This document shows, piece by piece, positions 26,301 through 38,530 of a stretch of 64,000 nucleotides of DNA (position 1 is the first letter of the stretch; each line of letters begins with the position of its first letter). The stretch is from Phoronis australis (Eukaryota > Animalia > Phoronida): assembly GCA_002633005.1 (NCBI GenBank), contig NMRA01000142.1:248001-312000 (forward strand). The letters are read 5' to 3'. Made by a program: the position numbers and the translations under genes. Under the pieces are notes generated by a model. The model ran no database searches. It was not told the DNA's origin and saw nothing but the letters and a program-made list of their open reading frames with translations.

Positions 26301-29300
26301 GTAAATAGCGCTAAGTAAACATGTCTGCTCATGTATTTTTTGCATGTTTATTAGACATTCAATGCATTTTACGTAAATTTGGCTGNACATGTAAACTTCC
26401 CAACTTATTGTTGGACTATAGAATCGAACAAGTTGGGAGCAACGGGAAAACGCCGTAATGTTAAGCTTTGTTATAACTAATTTGTCACGTTTTTATGGCA
26501 ATGATCTGTCTCTTGGCTTTCTTAAAAGTTTTCATCTCAGGGACCTTGACCTGAAGTTTTTAAATAGACTCAGAGAAAAGTGTGTAAACTCAAATCCTTG
26601 TTTGCATTTAATATAAGCCATTGGTAAATAGCGCTAACATGTCTGCTCATGTATTTTTTGCATGTTTATTAGACATTCAATGCATTTTACGTAAATTTGG
26701 CTGAAACCTTTTTTATAGATCTAGGCTTCAAAATTAGTTTGAATAAAAAAAGCTGCTCTGTTGAGTATTGTTTGACATTTTTGGTAGTCTATGCGTTTCT
26801 TTCGTAGTCTAGATAACATTTTTCCATGACGTATTTACCCAGAAATAATACAGTTTCCTCAAATTTGAAGAAAGCAATGGCCTAATTGTGTGTTTGGATG
26901 TGATTCCATGTTATAACTGAGCTCAAATTGTTTCAAATGCTTATGGTTCCAGAGGTCTTGAGTTGCTACAAGACATTCAGATGTCCAGTACCAGAGCCAA
27001 CAGGTTTGGCGATGCTGCTATGGATAAATTGTTGGATAGCAACTTGTCTGCCAAATACGCCCTAACTGGATTCCTAGGTAAGCCAATCTCCCTTGGACTT
27101 TGTTTCAGAGTGAAATTGTTTTGGGTGTTGCCACTAACGTATGCTGCAGTTGTCGTTCGGAAACTTTCATTCGGTATGTCAGTCGGGTATGCTTGTGGTG
27201 TGAAATGATGACGAGTTAAAATGTTCAGTACAATGATCGTAGCTTTAAAGGTTACATCCAGTTCAAAGTTGTTAAGTCTGCAGGTGTAGCGCAATACATT
27301 TCCGTGTTGTCTTTGTACTGAATTAATTTAATTCTTAAACCAAACAGATATCTAGGCTTATCGAAACAAACAAAATACGCAATCAATTAGTAAGTGTAAA
27401 TTTGTCTTTTTTGCGAAAATCTTAAATTTCCTGATGTTCTGCTGTGACCATTTCCATAGATGTAGTCAATACTTACAGGTCCTCACAACATCATTCGCGA
27501 TGGGTTCTTTGATGCTGGTGCCGTCAAGCCAGGCCATAGGTTCCAGCCACTGGAAGTGTTTGGTAAACAAGAGGTTGACCAAAGAAGACCAGTCATCCTC
27601 ATTAATTCGTGTGTCAAAGAGTAAGTTTGACTGCAGTGGCCTTTTGAATGTACGTGACAAGCAATGTATAATCGCCATTCAGAGTCTGCGATGTTGTTAA
27701 TTTGTGCTATTCACACCTTCTACAAGATGTGGTGTCTTTGCACTGCATCGTCAAATACATATTTCTGGCTTTACAAGATGAAACACTGTATTCATTCTGG
27801 GCCCAGATATGCACTAATCCATAAGGGGTAATATACAATCTCTGCCAGGTCCATGAACCCTTTGTTAAGCTGTGTTTTGTTGCATAGTCCAACTGGAACA
27901 GAGCAGGGTTCACAAAGAACCGCAGCTTTCTCTGACCTTGCATGTCAATTTCAAAAGGCCTATTATGTGAATATCACCAATGATTTACAACCATCCCCAA
28001 CATTCTAAGCTACCATGTGGACTAGTTACCCCCTCTAACCCCAAAGTGTTGTGTAGCTTAAACTGGCAATGTTAACTAACTTCCATCCTCTGTAATTAGT
28101 GTAATTAAATTCATCATGTATCAGTGATAAAAGCAAGCACTGGTATGTTGTCTGTGTCATAATTTTTCACTGCAGTGAACAGTCTTGTGGTCAGATTTCT
28201 TCAACCCATGTTTCACAGCTCTCTGATTTAATATTCTTTGTTTTCAGGCCAGATGCAAGTGACCAAGCATCTGAGCTAGCCAAGGAAGAGTCCAAGGTGA
28301 CGGCCAAAGTGTCCAAAACTGGCGGCAAGGACTCTAAATCGTAAGTTTTCTACAACCACCTTTCATTCAGCGTCCCATTTAATATCAATGTAGTATATTG
28401 TGTTACTTAAATACATGATGCATACAAGTGGTCGCATTGGTTATTAGGAAAATGGAAATTAATGTTTTAGTGCTACGTTATGTCATGAACTGACTTTTTT
28501 CACTTTTATTTAGACAAAGCGGACATATTTTTGAGACTTCAGTCACTTGAAGTTCACATTTAAAGTTATTGTTGTTATCCCGCTATACTAGTAAAAAATC
28601 AAAAGTGCATTTTTCGTGAGTAATGTTTTGAGTCTGGGGCTGTGAAACATGTGCTGTGAACTTGGTTGTTTGAGGGAATTAATTTCACGGATTGTATGCA
28701 TGCTTGTTGTGTCATTCACCTTGCACGTTTTAACGCACACCACTAATCAGTTGTACCAACACTCTGTGATCACGCTTTGGCCCATCTCTGTGTTTTTTTT
28801 TTCTGAACAATTGTTGTTGTCGTATTGATGCACTTTGTGAACTGAATATCATTTCTTATATCAAGTGCTTGTTTTACCTCTAAGGTTGGTCAATGACAAT
28901 ATGTAAGTACGTCATGTAACATTTTGTACGTTAATTTTACAGAATTCTAATGTAGAAAATAAATCTGAAACTAAATAAGGCGATCCAGATCCTCCCAAGG
29001 ATACTATTGTTTCACGAAATGTAGAGTATAAATAGGCAAATAAAACAACAAGAATGGATCAACTGAAATTTTCAGATTTGTCAACAGAAACAAAAATAAA
29101 CTTAAGTAAAATCAAAAGCATTACGCCACATCTTAAATGTCAATTGTCATAAAGTGTTTGATTTTACTTAAGTTTTTTCCTGTTTCTGTTGACAAATCCG
29201 AAAATTTCAGTTGATCCATTCTTGTTGTTTTATTTACCTATTTATATTCTACACAATTCTATGTATTTCAATATCTTAGTGTATCAAGTTAATTCAGCTT

Positions 29301-29490
29301 AATTGACACAACCTAGTGTCTGGTTAAGCTTTTACACATCAGTTTACACATGCTTAGATTTCCATAACCATCAGTTTTTGAGATGCTGAAGGTTTTAAAG
29401 GGAGAAAACATGACTTGGACGATTACAATTTTACATTGAATTTTGCATACTAATCGACATGCTTGTTCATTCACAAAGAAAAATAATGAA

Positions 29491-29532
<42 letters not shown>

Positions 29533-32500
29533 GACAAAAGAGATATGACCAAGATACGTGGCTCAGTTTCTAGCTGACAAGCAATCATTAAGTTATTGGG
29601 CTTTTACGAGCAAAGATTCCATCTTACGAGAACGATTTATAAGCCAGACTTGCACTACGGGTATATCATATCGCTGATTCAGAAATCCCAATGCCCTCCG
29701 TCCCCTGCTTGTAAGATTTTTGTTATTGAAACTTTTGCTGCCCTCTGCTTACTTGCAGCAGACAATCGTCCATGGTTTCTGAGCGCAAACTTTCTCAGCG
29801 TCGCCGTAGCAGCCAGATTTCAACAGAGGCTGCAACCACCGTAGACAAAATAACACCAAGACAATCTGTTGGTGGCTCAGTGTAATTGTTGTTTGAAATG
29901 TTATTGTTGCGTTCATTTGTGTCCGTTGTGTTTTGTTTGCTTGCAAAGTGGTTTTGCAGTTGCGTATGGCAATTTCGGCAACATCTAGTATTAGAATATA
30001 GTGCCAATTTCCAATTGTAGTATTTTTCGATATAGCGACAACATTAATGCCACTGTTGTGCAGCAGGATATTCAAGTGGTATCTATTCACACAAAAATGT
30101 CTTGTGTGTCTCAAAATGTCCTTGAATGAAAGAATTTTCATTTGGTCCATGTCAAATCAGCTCATCTTGCACACCAGAATCAATAACTGGGTCAAGGGAA
30201 AGAAGCTTTTGTGCTCTCAGGGCACTTGTTATATAATATGATAGGGATATTATGTGTGTGTGTAAAGCCAGGCTTTGGCTCACTGTCTCCTTAGTACAAT
30301 TGGTTTTCAAACACTGTGGTCAGTGCCACATTTCAGAGTTGTGGACACAGACCTACAGGTTATCTGCCAAGGTAGGAATTTGCAACAACCAGGGTGCAGA
30401 TGAGATTGATAGTGTCTGGGCTGTTACTGGTGGCCATTGGGGCAAGTTGTCAGCAGATGGGGTTAGGGCAAACTGGTTGTCATTCCCCCGTCGAGTATTA
30501 ATCAAACACAGTAATAATAGTAATTAATCTACACTTATTTAGAATGCAATATGGCCGACAAGTGAAATTCTATATTTTGTTGAATTTCTCCGCAAAAAAA
30601 GATTAAGAAAATTATAGTCCGTTACTGGCAAGCTTTTTACATTTGTAGGTGTCACAAAACAACTTTTGGTAAATTTTTCATTATTTGCAGTAACGTAACT
30701 GCATGGCTTCTAAAAAATAAAAATTGACAATTTAGTGAAGAGATCAGTTGAGAATTACTGTATTTTGCCCGTGTTGGATGTTCAATTATCTTCACCTTTT
30801 ACACTCCATTGTTCACCACTGACTTTGAACTAATTCACCATTGCACAATTTTAGGAGCACCCCTGTGTAAGTATACTAACATAACACCAACTTATTTTGT
30901 TTCTTAAAACTAGAGATCAGTTTAACTGCTTCTGCTGGTAACTGGGACATGCTTGAGCTCATGAAAATGTGTTGAATGATCTTTTACTGGCAGTGGAGGA
31001 TAACTTATGAAAAAGTGCATTTTGATATTCATTATGAGCCTATTTTTTCTGCATCAATAGTGCATGTTACAGACACATTTTTGTATTCCAAAAACATGTA
31101 TACTATTGCCTTATTTTATTATTGCAAATTTCACTGGATTTCGTCAATGCCATGTTAGTGAAAAAGACAATTTTCTCCGAACTTATTTGATCATTGCTGC
31201 AGTGAGTTGGTCTTGTTTGTCTAAACAACTTCATTGAGAACTAACTGTAATATCCCTCCGCACTCTTGTTTGATTCCTTACTGTTCTCTGTCTGGAAACA
31301 GAAGCAACTGAATCTAAAGCTTACAGGTTCTTGGGTCTCTTTGTACGGTCCTGACACCTTTAACCAACTGCTTTGTTTACCTTCTTCAATAAGTTGAAAT
31401 CATACCCAAAGAATGCTGAGCCCTAATAATTTGCAGGTTGAGTAATAGCTTTCAAAATTAAGAATGTTAGTCAAAGTGAACCAGAAAATGTAAACCCTTC
31501 CTGCATTGCGAAAATGACTTTTGGGGCTATCACAGACAAATAGCTGCTAGCTGGGCTGTCTGTCTCAAAGTGAGTCGCAAGCTCACTTCATAGCTCGATA
31601 CAGGTCACTATTAAGACAAAATGCCCACCAACCTGCAAACTTTGTGGTTAAATCAGTTCAAATGTAGTGTACACTATTAAGCGAGATATTTGTCGTCCGG
31701 TAATGGAATAATGAATTTTCGTTGGCTGCCAGCTATACAATCAGCTGAAAACTTGTCTCACCTAGCCCACATGCTGTGAGACAATTGCCCAACTTCCTCG
31801 CGAGGTGAATCCTCACAGTCAATTTTACCGCAAAGGTGATCTTTGTGTTGAGCTTAGTTACACCACTATAGGCATGGAGCTCTCTGTCTGAGCAGGCCCT
31901 CATACCCTATAAACATTAATCTATGTTACATCCTGAATCCTGAGACCCACTGTCCGGCCCAAGCTTATGTTTGACACATGCTTTCCAAGGTTTTTAGGTT
32001 ACACCCTCCTTGCAAAATGTGTTTATTCGATAGTTAAGGGAAATCATTATAACTCCTAGTGGAACTGTCCTTGCCATTTAGTTTAGGAGAAATTCATGCT
32101 TAGTTGTCCATGCTATTATATTATTTCCTGTTAGTGTTTGCCTGTGTGGTCATTCTGTATGACATATTTTACAAGTCGGTTCTTCTGCCTTTCCTTTGCT
32201 TTGAAGTAGTATGCTTTCTGTGTTTATAAAATCAGGAACACTTTTTGCATTTTGTTGCTATATGTCAATATTAGATATTGTCCGGAAAATGAAAGAAGTA
32301 ATTTTGCACTCAAATTTTTCTTTGTCAATAATTTTCTATACAAAAATAACTTTTCAGGAAAATGTACTTTGCTTTTAGCTTGGTTTTGCATGGAAAATTT
32401 TTGAGCATTTGTAACAATGTGGTAAGCCTCTGAAAAATAGAAATATGGCAGTTTTAGGAAGTATTTTTGTCCCAAAATGAAGAATTTTTTCTGAGCCCTT

Positions 32501-35500
32501 TTACTGAATACTCACATTTTTAGCATTGTCTGATGGTAACTGCAATAAGCTGTAGAACATTACTTTGGTCCAGCTTATTTATGAAAAAAGGAGAAAACAA
32601 TATATCATTGGTGAGATTTCGTTGTATGGTTTAAAATGTCCCCTTCCATGAAGCACCTCTGAGTCAGTAACATTTGATATAGAACACTTACCTACTTACC
32701 TTAATGAACCTCAGTAACATTCGATTTAGGGCACTATACGTTTATGAACCAACTCTTCCTTACTCAGATTAAAGATGGATCCAAGACTTAGAACGATTGG
32801 ACAACTCATTATTCCTTGTGGTCACTAGGCCCTATATGTTAGCCGGTCATCTTACCATCAACATGGTCTCGAGCTGACAATTTTTCCATACCCTTGAAAT
32901 CATTCCTTATTTGACTGTAGGAGCAAGTTGAGACCTTTTTTCATAGGGAAAGTAGTTTGATTAATCAATAACAACAAGAAGTTTCATTCATTTTGTTCCT
33001 TGTGGTATGCTTTTGGCAGTAAGAGCCGTGCGGCCAAAGAGAAAGAAGAACGTCTGAAGGAGGAAGAGCTCGCTGCACAACTAGCTCAAGAGCGCGACGA
33101 GCCTGTGGATAAACCGTACGTTCCTCCCACGGACCCCGTCCTAGAGAAGTATGTCAGGGAGGTGATTGAGACCATACAACCGCTTCCTACCACCAGAGAG
33201 CAGTGCATAGCTCTAGCACAGTAAGTGTGATACAATATTCTTGAACACCATTATACCATTTAACAAAATCAAAGAATGACATTCAGGCATGCAAAACACT
33301 GTAAAAGCATATTTGTTTTAAGGTGTGAAATGTCATAATCTTTGTTCACTTGCTCCCACCAAGGCTGGGGTTAGGTTTTAAGATGGAAATTTTCTTCAGT
33401 AATTTCTAGCCTGACCTTCATTTGATTCAACTTGAAATATTTCTTGTAGATTCAATGAATGCAAGAGTCTAGATTATACACAGGGCCTCAATTGTGTAAC
33501 GCGTTAAAATGTCAAGAGCTTTGCAAGCAATCTTTCAACCTTGATTAGCAACTGAAGACTAACTACATGTCTTCCTGTGGAAAGTGATTGGATGATCGCG
33601 CCAAATAAATAGCATCCTCATATACCCACCAGTGTCTAGTGTTTCCATTTACTTGACGCAAGCCAAGATCCCACCCTGTGTATCACCAATCACTATAATA
33701 GCCTAGCATGCACTTCCTTCAGTCGTAGAACTCTAGCCTAAATATTAGTTACAAGGTCGCCGATGTGGCATCTCTTCTTGTCTTTTGCACACTCGCCTCA
33801 GTTGCACAAAAAGGTATTGGGAAAAGTAATTTACTGTCCATATCTTCAGACAAGGCTATACTTGAGAATTCTCTGGCTTCACCAACGTTGAACACGTTTT
33901 TAGTAAATAATTGTTATCTGCAGGTATGTAGGTGACAAAATGGGTGGTCCAATTGACAGAGGCCAGGTGGCAAACTTCAGCTACGAACTGCCAATCAGTG
34001 AAATCAAGTTTAACCTTAAGTCCAACGTGGTTCCTATTGGCATGATTAAGACGGGAATTCACTACCACAGAGCTCTTCTGTTCAAGGTTTGTTGTTTTGT
34101 TCATGTGAGCCAGGTTCATTTACATCCACTTGGATATAGTCAGGACATTATAGTCTTGATCCTTTTGGAAACGTGGCATACTTTAAACCGATTTGTTCTA
34201 TGCTTTCTAAGTTCAAATAATTGAAACAAGGAGTGAAATTCAACAGTTGATAATGTTGATAAGTGTTGGTGTTGAGAAAGGATTCATGACTCGTTTTGGA
34301 TGAAGGTGATTTACGCCCGATCCCATCAATACCCACAAGCCCTTGGTCTTTTTTAGCGGTTTGTATCAAACTTAATAAATGGTGATTGAATGTCTTAGTT
34401 GCTTGCTGTATTAATATTTTCTTGAATGTATTTCACTCTTGTTAAATCTGAAACTTCCATTGCCGTGATCACCTAACCAATTTAGCTTCCCAGAAAATTG
34501 TAGCTGTTTCGTTCTACCGCAGGCCCTGGCTGACTACATTGCTATTGGCTGCTCTCTGCAGCGTGGGGAGTACAACCGTGCTTGGAATGAGGTCATGCTG
34601 ACTGACGATAGTGATGCAGTAAGTACTAACACACATGTGCAAGTGCTCCATGCTTGTGGAGTGGTTTTGTTTTTCCTCTCGCTACTGGTAACCCTATCTT
34701 TTGGTCGTGTGCTGTAGACTTGGTTTACCAATGGAAAGCTGGTGAGGGTTTTGACATACCAGCCTCTTAGAGCAATGAATATTTATGACATTAAACTAAA
34801 ATAAACATAATTGAAATAAAAATAATGGGCCAAACAACACGGTTTCCTGTTTATGATTTAGAAAAGTTTGAATAGCTAGTACAAATTTAGCCAAATATCT
34901 GGGAAATTATATATTTTAGGTCTTTAGAGTTTGATTTTTTATTTTTTTCAATCTGTTATTAATTGGGTCATTTGATCTTGTTTTTTAGTAAAATTTAACA
35001 AAAAAGGAATCTGCATTTGTAAAAGCAATGTTATCAGTTACATAATCAAATTTTATTTGCTATAAATGTTCAAGGTGAGATCTCAGAAAATGTTGCTGCA
35101 GTTTTCAAAAATATCATTTCGTCATGGCTTTATGCATCTTTAAATTTTTTTGTTGTGAAAGTCGTGAAAGTGATATTTTGATATCCCCTCATGCAAAACC
35201 GGAACATTTCATAAACAATTTCTGACATTGTATAAAGCATAGTATTAGAAAGTTTCATATGAATCCAAACGGCCAATTTTGAGATATGATGTTCTGAATT
35301 TAGCCATATTTGGCCATTTTTCTAAGGTGATACATAACCTCAAGATAGTTTGTATTTATACTAGAAAGGGTTGGATTTCTGACAAATATAGTACATACTG
35401 GTAAGTCATGTTTTGGATGTGGCTGTTCCCTTCTTGAGTGGAGATTGTCGCTAATTTTGTTCACAACGTAAAATGCAAGTTGTAAAATCTGGTTACTGAT

Positions 35501-35906
35501 TTTCATAGAATATGTATCAACCCTTTCTCTGTCATGATGCAAACTGATTTTCATCAATAAACAGCTCGTTCATAGAATCAAAAGGCCACTGATTTTGACA
35601 GAGTTGGCCATTTACTGTACCAAAAATTTGAATATTTGCTATGAATCGTTGGGTGAGACGGCCTAGTTTCTTTTGGTGGTAGAGAAACCAATGGCTGACA
35701 CAATATAGAAAAGCATTGTCCAACTTCAAGATACCACTGAACGTCCTGGTTTCCTAATGGGATGTGCCCCTTTAAATACTCTTTGTGTATTTCAGCCCGG
35801 TGCTCCAAAGTTCCCACCCAAGAAGTTTATCGTGGACTTGATTCACCAGCCTGGCCGTCTCATGAGATCAGATTCTGCTGATGCTGTCAACTACCAAAAG
35901 CTGTAA
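11330..35906 (+). CDS. ARMC3: Armadillo repeat-containing protein 3 (ARM repeats plus C-terminal EDR1-like domain), complete, 21 core exons, 2640 nt / 879 aa
   Basis: Exons 11330-11377, 11758-11875, 12245-12370, 13271-13342, 14414-14589, 15549-15675, 16088-16227, 16809-16959, 18333-18428, 22467-22619, 23270-23387, 23723-23899, 24846-24918, 25396-25529, 26953-27077, 27479-27620, 28248-28340, 33020-33220, 33924-34086, 34523-34618, 35796-35906. All are GT-AG and in frame. The protein runs MGKKVKKDEKPPPDDVFDPLLVES...KACEAIYKF...LSAKYALTGFL...KSNVVPIGMIKTGIHYHRALLFKALAD...RGEYNRAWNEV...VDLIHQPGRLM, colinear with vertebrate ARMC3 as I recall it. Confidence 0.97.
14652..14849. repeat. Intronic inverted repeat (~85-bp arms), probable fold-back element
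   Basis: AAGTTTGAATAAAGACAACAACTTTTCT...CACGTTTCG...CAAGATTTATTCA pairs with TGAATAAAGCTTG...CGAAACATG...AGAAAAGTTGTTGTCTTTACTCAAATTT. Confidence 0.75.
15909..15997. repeat. Local tandem duplication of ~42 bp
   Basis: GGTGAAAGGAAGTTTTTTATTGTTTTTTTACTATTAATTTTT twice. Confidence 0.9.
17936..18040 (+). mobile_element. tRNA-derived SINE head (degenerate)
   Basis: A-box TGGCCTAGTGG and B-box-like GTTTGAGTCCC at tRNA-like spacing, followed by non-tRNA sequence. No clean cloverleaf. Confidence 0.5.
18493..18990. mobile_element. Non-autonomous TIR element (CAGGG...CCCTG termini)
   Basis: CAGGGCTTGGAAT pairs with ATTCCAAACCCTG. TATATT directly flanks both ends. Subterminal TTTCCGC/GCGGAAA repeats are present. 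Confidence 0.8.
19080..19412. mobile_element. MITE, CAGTGGCGGATC family, copy 1
   Basis: TIRs CAGTGGCAGATCTAGG / CCTAAATCCGCCGGTG; 5-bp TSD TAGTG. Confidence 0.8.
20365..20512. mobile_element. MITE, CAGTGGCGGATC-like family, short copy
   Basis: CGGGCGGATCCAG ... CTAAATCCGCCACTG; 5-bp TSD CAGTC. Confidence 0.75.
20537..20685. repeat. Local imperfect tandem duplication (~65-80 bp unit)
   Basis: CTAC(A/G)GCTTTCGTTGTCTGATCACCTTA..AATCTAATGAT..CTTCTTTGTTTAGTTTGAC occurs twice. Confidence 0.8.
26068..26703. repeat. ~315-bp near-identical direct duplication separated by an N; probable assembly/haplotype artefact
   Basis: 26068-26385 vs 26391-26703 differ by about one SNP and a small indel; N at 26386. 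Confidence 0.85.
28885..28902 (+). CDS. ARMC3: Candidate ARMC3 18-nt microexon (LVNDN)
   Basis: tgcttgttttacctctaag|GTTGGTCAATGACAATAT|gtaagt; phase 2-2, matching the flanking exons. Confidence 0.6.
29020..29253. mobile_element. Fold-back/palindromic MITE, ~110-bp arms
   Basis: TGTAGAGTATAAATAGGCAAATAAAACAACAAGAATGGATCAACTGAAATTTTC... pairs with ...GAAAATTTCAGTTGATCCATTCTTGTTGTTTTATTTACCTATTTATATTCTACA. Confidence 0.85.
29495..29529. repeat. (AT)n microsatellite
   Basis: Directly visible. Confidence 0.95.
29759..29881 (+). CDS. ARMC3: Candidate ARMC3 123-nt cassette exon (RQSSMVSERKLSQRRRSSQISTEAATTVDKITPRQSVGGS)
   Basis: ccctctgcttacttgcag| ... GGCTCAGT|gtaatt; 41 codons, phase 2-2, open in the ARMC3 frame, and more GC-rich than the surrounding intron. 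Confidence 0.6.
30855..30866 (+). CDS. ARMC3: Candidate ARMC3 12-nt microexon (STP)
   Basis: ctaattcaccattgcacaattttag|GAGCACCCCTGT|gtaagt; phase 2-2. Confidence 0.55.
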
Positions 35907-36090
35907 AGTTATGGATGCTCTGGTTTATTTGAGAAAATTGATGAAGTTTATTTATACATTTCCCTCTTAACTACTCGTTCATGAGAGGTTTCTTTGAGGA
36001 TTTCAAAAGCATTCCAGTATTTTATACTACTAGTGACCTCTGTGATAATTTTATGCCAGCTTTTATTTTGTAAATATTATTGTTTTGAAA

Positions 36091-36096
36091 AATAAA
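36091..36096 (+). terminator. Candidate ARMC3 polyadenylation signal
   Basis: AATAAA ~185 nt after the stop codon, followed by GT/T-rich sequence. Confidence 0.5.
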
Positions 36097-38530
36097 TAAT
36101 TATGATTGTCTTAGAGATAGTTTGTTTCTTGTTCACCAGTTTTCACAACAGGACTCTGATTTCTTTTAGTCATTTCAGTGACTTTTGTTTCTTCTGTCGT
36201 GCACTGACTTGTATGGCCATGTATGGGAGCAAACCAGAAAGAAAACATCTTTCAATGTCCATTTTTGAAATATTAGATACATATCGTCAGTGACCTGTTT
36301 TAATGAATTTTGCCAGGGCCAGAGGGTTCGTATGGTTGATAGTCCTAGATTCTGTGTTAACTTGGGAGGAATCAAACAATGGCGCGAGTTATTCTGTTGT
36401 TCTCACTACAGACCATCATTCTGGCTGTCGCATAAGTAAAGCTATCAACGTTCGGTGCACTGTGTTGTCATATTAATGTTGGTGCGATATGTGTTCTCCA
36501 ACCCACTGGGCAGGGGACGCGACCTCAGTCATCCACATGTCCATTTCTTGTTTTTTTTTTCATTCTCGAATGTTGACAACTTTGCAGCAGATATTCAAAT
36601 AACATTGTCTCATTATTATGAATTTTGTTATTTCCACACTCCACTTTCTCTAGTAAGGTAACTATAGTTAAAAATGTGTCTCAGCGTTTCTTGTTTACGG
36701 TAACATACGCTAACATTATGAAAATCGCTATCTGTATCAGGATCAGTACTTTTTGTCTTCTGGAAAAAATGACTTTATGTCTTATTTTCTATGTGTCCTA
36801 AACTACAACCAATGTAATGAGCTTAAAATTTCAAAATTAAACAATCGATGTTTGCCGGGCCCATTTTTATCTGTCAGTACACCATTATCTGCAAATTTCG
36901 AAAAGAGTGTTTAGTTCATCACGTTTTTTTTGTAAATGTCATTGCATCCTGAATTTTTACTGCAGAATGCAGTTTTATCAAACGTCATCAAAAGTCCAAG
37001 TATATATAATAACGATGTATAATTTCGGGTGAATCCCTGGATAAATTCTTCACATCAGCTGAGAGGGATCCATATTATAAAACCTTTGACTTATCGGGTA
37101 GCAATCATTTGAATCATTCATGAGACGAATCCTTCGCTAACATTTGGGTTTGAATCCAACACAGGACTGTGACTAACCCATCATATCCGGTAATCGATTT
37201 ACAAATTAATGCTCGTCGCTTAGGCGTGATGCTGAAGAAAATCTATTCGCTATTTTTTCTTCGACTTTTCGAATTTAAAAATTTATAGGCGGATGATATT
37301 TACTTTTCAATTTTAAAAAAGTCATGTTGGTCTATTGCCTTACATACTGTTCGTTTTTTTGGCTTTGAAACTTGCAAGCGGTAAACAGGCGTGTTGGTTT
37401 ACGACCGCATTTATCTCACCCAGTACGTACAGCCAACTATGAATAGCGAGTAGCTCCCTGGAGTCCGTGACGACGCCATCAAGCCTTTGAGATGTGCAGA
37501 GAACTTCGCTGATACTCTGGGGGTACATTTCTCGTCCATTCGCGTGTAAATTTTGTTAGCGTAAGATTTTTGTCTAATGTTTAAATTATTTATTCCTTCC
37601 TTTTGGTTGTTCAGTTAATTATATAATGCCAACCTCACACACTTGAGTCCGAGAGCGTTTGAATGGCTCCTGCTTTTTTCGCCAAAATTTGGTAACTGGC
37701 AATTTGTCTTGTATTGATCACCTAGTGGAGCGGAGGTGAGGTGAAGGTATTCAAATAGGTGGATGTCATACTTGAGTTTGAGAACTTATAACGCTGTACT
37801 CAGACGGATTGACCCGCTGAGTCAATTTGCTTCGTAGTAATGATTTCCTATACATTTGACAGTCCACACGTCATCACCAAACTGAATATATTATCCACCG
37901 AACATACAAAACGAGTTCCAAAGCGACGAGTGTAGTAGCTAGGACCAATATGTATATTACTCCCAGGCAATAATAACTGTTATTACACTTATAAACAATC
38001 ATTAAGTTTCACTTAACTAATTGCCTACTCCGTTACAAAGCGGCTTGTTGATATCGTCGAGTTTTCGAAAAAAATCATGTGGTCATGGGCTGAGGCTTAA
38101 GCTCTGTACTCGGAAAGTCCGTCATAGATATCCAATCTCCAACATAGGGAATTTTTAGGTGATTTCTACTGTAATCGTGTTTAAATATTGACGTCAGTGA
38201 TGTATTAGCAGGTGAAAGAATTAAGATTGGCTTAAATTGAAACACCCGGGTTTAGTATCCATGTAAACTTGTTAAATTTTTAATAACAAATTTGTGTCTT
38301 ATTTTGAAACCAGACGGTGTTGTTTCATGACTTGAAATGAGAATGATGGCCGCTGTGCATGAGAGGCGCAGCACTGAAATAAGTGGATACTATAACCCCC
38401 CCCCCAGACCGCCCCTGTGGTGCGCTGCCCATGTTGTGACGACTGTCTTTCATGTTAATTTTATTGCATGATAGCCGCAAACCAAAGATGTTCCATGACA
38501 TCCAGTCACGAGCATATCGAAATTTAGAAT

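Noticed and set aside
26068-26703. Biological tandem duplication
   Set aside because: Near-identical copies abutting an N are typical of unmerged contig ends or haplotypes.
28514-28550. Alternative terminal exon of ARMC3 (TTTAG|ACAAAGC...TGA)
   Set aside because: Only an acceptor-like site followed by a stop; no further support.
32921-32955. Additional 5-6 nt microexons
   Set aside because: Weak donors (GTTGAG, GTAGTT), and one would shift the frame.
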